Positions 32,424 to 35,948 of a stretch of DNA of 35,948 nucleotides are shown here, piece after piece. A program made the position numbers and the translations under genes. Each line of letters starts with the position of its first letter. The stretch's first letter is position 1. Source of the DNA: a virus; IMG/VR virus record IMGVR_UViG_3300045988_029071, positions 1 through 35,948 of that record, one strand, 5' to 3'. The notes under the pieces are model-generated. The model saw only the letters and a list, made by a program, of their open reading frames with translations. It was not told the DNA's origin and ran no database searches.

Positions 32424-32452
32424 TTGACTTCTAATAGAAAATAGTCTATTAT
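32424..32452 (+). promoter_or_regulatory. Rightward promoter (repressor/lysogeny operon)
   Basis: TTGACT (32424-32429), a 17-nt spacer, then TATTAT (32447-32452). Operator O2 occupies the spacer. Confidence 0.55.
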
Positions 32453-32557
32453 TAGGGTATAAGAAATACAGCTATATCATAAAAACAGATATAACAAAAA
32501 TCTTGGCGGATTATTTTATTTGTATTTATGTTAGCTGGTCAACTAGCTTACAAAATA

Positions 32558-32586
32558 AGTATAACGGAAAATTTTCTATTTGTCAA
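32558..32586 (-). promoter_or_regulatory. Leftward promoter (cro/early lytic operon)
   Basis: The - strand reads TTGACA (32586-32581), a 17-nt spacer, then TATACT (32563-32558). Operator O3 occupies the spacer. Confidence 0.6.
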
Positions 32587-32646
32587 CAGTTTTGATAGAA
32601 AATTTTACATTATTTTGTAAAGCCTTATTTTTGGAGGTTTTTACAC

Positions 32647-33015
32647 ATGACTATTTTAGATAGAATACGTTCGTTAGCTAACGAAAGAAAAGTTACTCTT
32701 GCCGAATTGGAAAGAAGTTTAGACTTCAGCAATGGCAGTCTCAGGAAATGGGATACTTCAACTCCTAGTGGCGATAAAATTGAAAAAGTTGCTGATTACT
32801 TTAACGTATCAGTCGATTATTTATTGGGTAGGACGAAAAATCCTTACTCACCGAATGACAATTTGATGAACACTCAAGAACTTGAAGCTCTAATAACGTT
32901 TCGAAAAGAAACTGAGGATATGTCAGATGATGAAAAAGAGCGCTTTAATATAGCTCTCATTAACATGATGAAAAATGCTCGTGATCTTGTCAAAGATGAT
33001 TCTTTCTGGAAGTAG
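32647..33015 (+). CDS. CI-like XRE-family repressor without a peptidase S24 domain
   Basis: 122 aa with the N-terminal HTH LANERKVTLAELERSLDFSNGSLRKWDTS...VDYLLGR and a GGAGG Shine-Dalgarno sequence. The short C-terminal part has no Ser/Lys autocleavage motif. Confidence 0.8.
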   Translation: MTILDRIRSLANERKVTLAELERSLDFSNGSLRKWDTSTPSGDKIEKVADYFNVSVDYLLGRTKNPYSPNDNLMNTQELEALITFRKETEDMSDDEKERFNIALINMMKNARDLVKDDSFWK

Positions 33016-33023
33016 GTGATTAT

Positions 33024-33785
33024 TTGAAACGATTTACAAGACCATCAAAAGAAACTTACTTACAATATCACAGAAATGCAAATCAACTACTTATGGATAT
33101 ATCTGACCATTTCAATATCCATATTTCTCAAATAACTTTCGACCTAATTATTGAATTCTTTGAAACTAAGTTTAATATTTTATTTGTCTATTTTGAAGCG
33201 GATTTAGTGTACAATTGGTTTCCAAATAGAAAACAAGAACTTAAGTATAATTTAACTTCAAATAATTCTCTCTTGTTGGTTGATTTCAGCTTTTGTAATG
33301 TTTGTTCTGGAATGACGATTCCTGATTTTCAAAAGAATCGTTTTGTTGTTTACATCAACCAAGATGTGATTAAGGGAAGGGTTATGTTTACAATCCTTCA
33401 CGAATTAGTCCATATATACTATCATCTTATTAATTCTGTTTATGATAAAGTTCTAGTTTCTAAGACTTCGTCAAACTATAGCGATTCCTATCCAACTGAG
33501 ATTGTGCCATTAGAGGACGAAGCAAATACCATTGCATCAATTTTGTTTCTCAATGATTATAAGTTACTTGAGTACATAAAATCCGGCTTGACATTCAAAC
33601 AACTTGTTGAACGTAGTCAAATGTCAAAGCCTGCATTGCATAATCGTTTGATGAACTTTCTAATGTATAATTGTAATTGTCAAGAATATTATGCTCTCAA
33701 TATCGTTCAAGGATACAAAAAAGACGAGGGCTGGACCATTATGGCTTTGCAACAATTTCAAAGAGAATTGCAAGAAATTGCTTAA
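33024..33785 (+). CDS. ImmA/IrrE-family zinc metalloprotease
   Basis: 253 aa with a TTG start. It has the HExxH motif (FTILHELVHIYYH) and lies immediately downstream of the XRE repressor, the canonical ImmR/ImmA arrangement. Confidence 0.7.
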   Translation: MKRFTRPSKETYLQYHRNANQLLMDISDHFNIHISQITFDLIIEFFETKFNILFVYFEADLVYNWFPNRKQELKYNLTSNNSLLLVDFSFCNVCSGMTIPDFQKNRFVVYINQDVIKGRVMFTILHELVHIYYHLINSVYDKVLVSKTSSNYSDSYPTEIVPLEDEANTIASILFLNDYKLLEYIKSGLTFKQLVERSQMSKPALHNRLMNFLMYNCNCQEYYALNIVQGYKKDEGWTIMALQQFQRELQEIA

Positions 33786-33900
33786 AATACAAAAGGTAAA
33801 AAGAACATGACGACATCTGAACAATCGGGGAGATCGTCGACATTTATAAGGTTTAGATAAAGAGTCCAAAACATCATTAAAAAAATATTTGGAGGTAAAT

Positions 33901-34572
33901 ATGAAATTCTGTCCTGAATGTGGCAACCCAGTAGAGGGTTATAAATTTTGTCCGAATTGCGGTTATTCCATCTCTAACCAAGAACCGACTGAACAACCTC
34001 AGCCAGTCGATAAGCCAGCTTCTCCATCTCTTGCCCCACGAAGTAGAAAAACGGACAAAGTCGGGCCGCTTGAGATTGATAGATATAATCGTACCTATCG
34101 TATTCATGGAGCTCAAAAAGCAAAAGGCTCTTCTGGATTGGTCGGAGGAGCAATTAAAGGTACAGCGAAAGCTACACTTGCGGTTAGTACAATGGGGTTA
34201 TCGTTGATACCGTCATTGGTAAAGAAAGACAAAAATGACACTGACTGGTATTCATTCGAGGATTTAGTATCGTATGAATTGATTGTAAATAATCAGACTG
34301 TTGTTTCGGGTGGTGTTGGTCAAGCTTTGGTTGCAGGCGCTATGTTTGGACCTATTGGAGCAGTTGCAGGTGGTATCGTATCCAAACGAAAATCAACCTC
34401 TAAAATTCTAAACATGACCGTCCGTGTGACCTCGAATGACTTCAATAAACCGGTCATATTTATTGACTTGATTAGAAAGCCAGTAAAGAACACTTCGAAA
34501 GAATACAAGGAAGCAGTCGAAAACGCACAACGCATCATGGGAGCTTTGGACGTTATCGTTCATAATTCGTAA
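33901..34572 (+). CDS. Zinc-ribbon protein with Pro-rich linker and glycine-zipper-like segments (lysogeny-module accessory gene)
   Basis: The ATG at 33901 has a GGAGGT Shine-Dalgarno sequence, whereas the track start at 33889 is a TTG inside that sequence. It has CPECG...CPNCG, and the Gly/Ala-rich stretches GLVGGAIKGTAKATLAVSTMGLSLI and GGVGQALVAGAMFGPIGAVAGGIV. Confidence 0.7.
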   Translation: MKFCPECGNPVEGYKFCPNCGYSISNQEPTEQPQPVDKPASPSLAPRSRKTDKVGPLEIDRYNRTYRIHGAQKAKGSSGLVGGAIKGTAKATLAVSTMGLSLIPSLVKKDKNDTDWYSFEDLVSYELIVNNQTVVSGGVGQALVAGAMFGPIGAVAGGIVSKRKSTSKILNMTVRVTSNDFNKPVIFIDLIRKPVKNTSKEYKEAVENAQRIMGALDVIVHNS

Positions 34573-34622
34573 ATAAAAAAGCCCCACGCTCTCAAAAACT
34601 TTGGCGAGTCTGAGCGTGAGGC
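34572..34622 (-). terminator. Intrinsic terminator oriented against the lysogeny operon
   Basis: The - strand reads GCCTCACGCTC-N20-GAGCGTGGGGC (11 bp including one G-U) followed by TTTTTTATTT. On the + strand the stem has a C-A mismatch and no U-tract. Confidence 0.55.
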
Positions 34623-34695
34623 AATCAGGATAGTAAAAGGCATTAAAAAGCCCTCTTTTCTATACCCATTTTATCAAAAAAGTGAGGTAAACGCA

Positions 34696-35838
34696 ATGTG
34701 GATGGAAGAATTACCAAACGGAAAGTATAAATTTTTTGAACGATATAAAGACCCGTACACTGAAAAATTGAAGAGGGTATCTGTAACGCTTAGTTCTGGT
34801 ACATCACGAGCTAAGAAGGAAGCTCAGAAGCTATTAGACGAACGTATAGAAGAAACTTTACAAAATTTACAATCAACAGATGTGACTTATCAACACGTTT
34901 TAGATGAATGGTGGACATTTTACCAGAAAGAAATCAAAGGTAGTTCTATCAGCTCTCTTACAAGTAGCGTGAATGATTTTAAGGAAGCGTTCGATACAGA
35001 AATTAAAGTTAAGAATATAGACACTAAATATATCCAGAGATTCTTAAATGATCTAGATATTTCTCGTTCAAAACTAGAGCGCTATAAAATGATTTTAAAT
35101 CTATCACTTGATTATGCAGTTAATCTTGAATATATCAAAGACAATCCTGCAAGACGAGCGAAACTTCCAAAACAAATAAAAACAATCGAAGAATTAGAAA
35201 AAACAGAAAAGAAATTTTTAGAAGAGGAAGAATTAAAAAGATTACTAGAGGAATTGTATAGAACAAAGAATACATACAGACTAGGATTGCTTGCTGAATT
35301 CATGGCATACAATGGTTGTCGAATTGGTGAAGCCATTGCCATTAAACAAGAAAATATTGATTTCGATAACAAGACAGTAAAAATCCATGGAACTCTAGAT
35401 AAAACAGTAGGGTATTCAAAAGGATTTAAAACAACTACTAAAACTGCTGCAAGCTTCAGAACTGTTTCTTTATCAAAGAGAGAGATTGAAATTTTAAAAG
35501 AGTTTATCTCAATAAATGAACTTTCTAAAAATACTCGAAAAACATTCAATGATCTTGGATTTATCTTTGTTACCAAAAACGGTATACCAATCCAAAATAA
35601 TTCTTTCAACTTAGCAATCCAGAAAGCAAATAAACGTTTAAAAAATCCAATCGACAAACATCTTACCTCGCATATTTTTAGACATACTCTTGTTAGTAGA
35701 CTAGCAGAAAACAATGTACCTTTAAAAGCAATTATGGCAAGAGTTGGTCACTCCGACTCTCGAACAACTAATAAAATATATACACACGTTACTAAAAAGA
35801 TGGATGATAATATCTTGGACTTGCTTGATTCTTTATAG
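34696..35838 (+). CDS. int: Tyrosine integrase (phage integrase family)
   Basis: 380 aa. The C-terminal catalytic region has RIGEAIAI, HIFRHTLVSRL, GHSDSRTTNKIYTHV (R...HxxR...H...Y). It lies adjacent to the terminal repeat. Confidence 0.92.
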   Translation: MWMEELPNGKYKFFERYKDPYTEKLKRVSVTLSSGTSRAKKEAQKLLDERIEETLQNLQSTDVTYQHVLDEWWTFYQKEIKGSSISSLTSSVNDFKEAFDTEIKVKNIDTKYIQRFLNDLDISRSKLERYKMILNLSLDYAVNLEYIKDNPARRAKLPKQIKTIEELEKTEKKFLEEEELKRLLEELYRTKNTYRLGLLAEFMAYNGCRIGEAIAIKQENIDFDNKTVKIHGTLDKTVGYSKGFKTTTKTAASFRTVSLSKREIEILKEFISINELSKNTRKTFNDLGFIFVTKNGIPIQNNSFNLAIQKANKRLKNPIDKHLTSHIFRHTLVSRLAENNVPLKAIMARVGHSDSRTTNKIYTHVTKKMDDNILDLLDSL

Positions 35839-35859
35839 TTTGCCCCTTATTTGCCCCCT
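35839..35859 (+). repeat. 21-bp TTTGCCCC-TTATTT-GCCCCCT motif, right copy (candidate integrase arm-type site)
   Basis: TTTGCCCCTTATTTGCCCCCT lies immediately after the integrase stop codon, with 20/21 identity to 163-183. Confidence 0.5.
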
Positions 35860-35872
35860 ATTAAACAAAAAA

Positions 35873-35917
35873 AGCCTGTCACACAAGCTAAAATGCTTGA
35901 TATGACGGGCTTTTTAT
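35873..35917 (+). terminator. Integrase terminator (long interrupted hairpin plus U-tract)
   Basis: AGCCTGTCA/TGACGGGCT (9 bp with one G-U) encloses the inner stem CAAGC/GCTTG and is followed by TTTTTAT. The 55-bp terminal repeat begins inside the loop. Confidence 0.65.
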
Positions 35918-35948
35918 AAAATCATTATTTAACGGCTTCTTTAAGAGC
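35894..35948. repeat. Terminal 55-bp exact direct repeat, right copy
   Basis: Identical to 1-55. It starts inside the loop of the integrase terminator hairpin, 56 nt after the integrase stop codon. Confidence 0.9.

Larger units (their letters stand above)
32391..32609. promoter_or_regulatory. Four copies of a 14-bp pseudo-palindromic operator (consensus TAGAAAATTTTCTA)
   Basis: O1 at 32391-32404 is TAGAAAATTTTATA. O2 at 32435-32448 is TAGAAAATAGTCTA. O3 at 32565-32578 is CGGAAAATTTTCTA. O4 at 32596-32609 is TAGAAAATTTTACA. Confidence 0.6.

Noticed and set aside
33786-33900. Possible terminator or regulatory hairpin between the ImmA-like gene and the zinc-ribbon gene
   Set aside because: Only a 5-bp stem (GACGA/TCGTC) with a 20-nt loop is present, with no U-tract. 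This is not distinguishable from chance.
35112-35714. 200-aa - strand ORF inside the integrase gene
   Set aside because: It is antisense to an integrase with intact catalytic motifs. It has low-complexity Leu/Phe/Ser composition typical of AT-rich antisense frames and no ribosome-binding site.
35822-35829. 8-nt TGCTTGAT in the last integrase codons, matching the first 8 nt of the 55-bp terminal repeat
   Set aside because: An 8-mer match is expected by chance in 36 kb of AT-rich DNA, and the similarity does not extend.

Overview
The window is essentially one complete temperate siphovirus genome of about 35.9 kb. It is either a prophage cut at its att repeats or a circularised contig, because it begins and ends with the same 55-mer. 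The host is a low-GC Gram-positive, most likely a choline-wall Streptococcus of the mitis/pneumococcus group, since the endolysin carries LytA/Pal-type choline-binding repeats. The right end (+ strand) holds the lysogeny module: XRE-type repressor, ImmA/IrrE metalloprotease, a zinc-ribbon/glycine-zipper accessory protein, and a tyrosine integrase. Almost everything else is on the - strand in classical order. First come a cro-like HTH, a Bro-N/KilAC antirepressor interrupted by one in-frame TGA, and small early ORFs. The replication/recombination module follows: RuvC-like resolvase, SF2 helicase, AAA_24 ATPase, DUF669 SSB-like protein, PrimPol, VirE-type primase/helicase, and an iteron-rich origin. 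Then come more small ORFs, YopX, a sigma-like late regulator and a phage tRNA-Ser(GCU). The late genes are TerS, TerL, portal, a MuF head-morphogenesis protein fused to an HExxH domain, and a small moron cassette. After that come scaffold, capsid, connectors, major tail protein, gpG/gpGT chaperones with a GGGTTTT slippery site, tape measure, Dit-like protein, a 1013-aa Tal/receptor-binding protein, holin and endolysin. The left end (1-1040) is an accessory region with a + strand mini-operon, several hairpins and a 24-bp palindrome. No CRISPR array, transposase or rRNA is visible. All functional calls rest on motif recognition by eye; no database search was run. The most interesting candidates are the lysin-distal mini-operon, the zinc-ribbon/glycine-zipper gene in the lysogeny module, the MuF-HExxH fusion with its downstream small ORFs, the face-to-face switch promoters, and the structured non-coding region around the tRNA.
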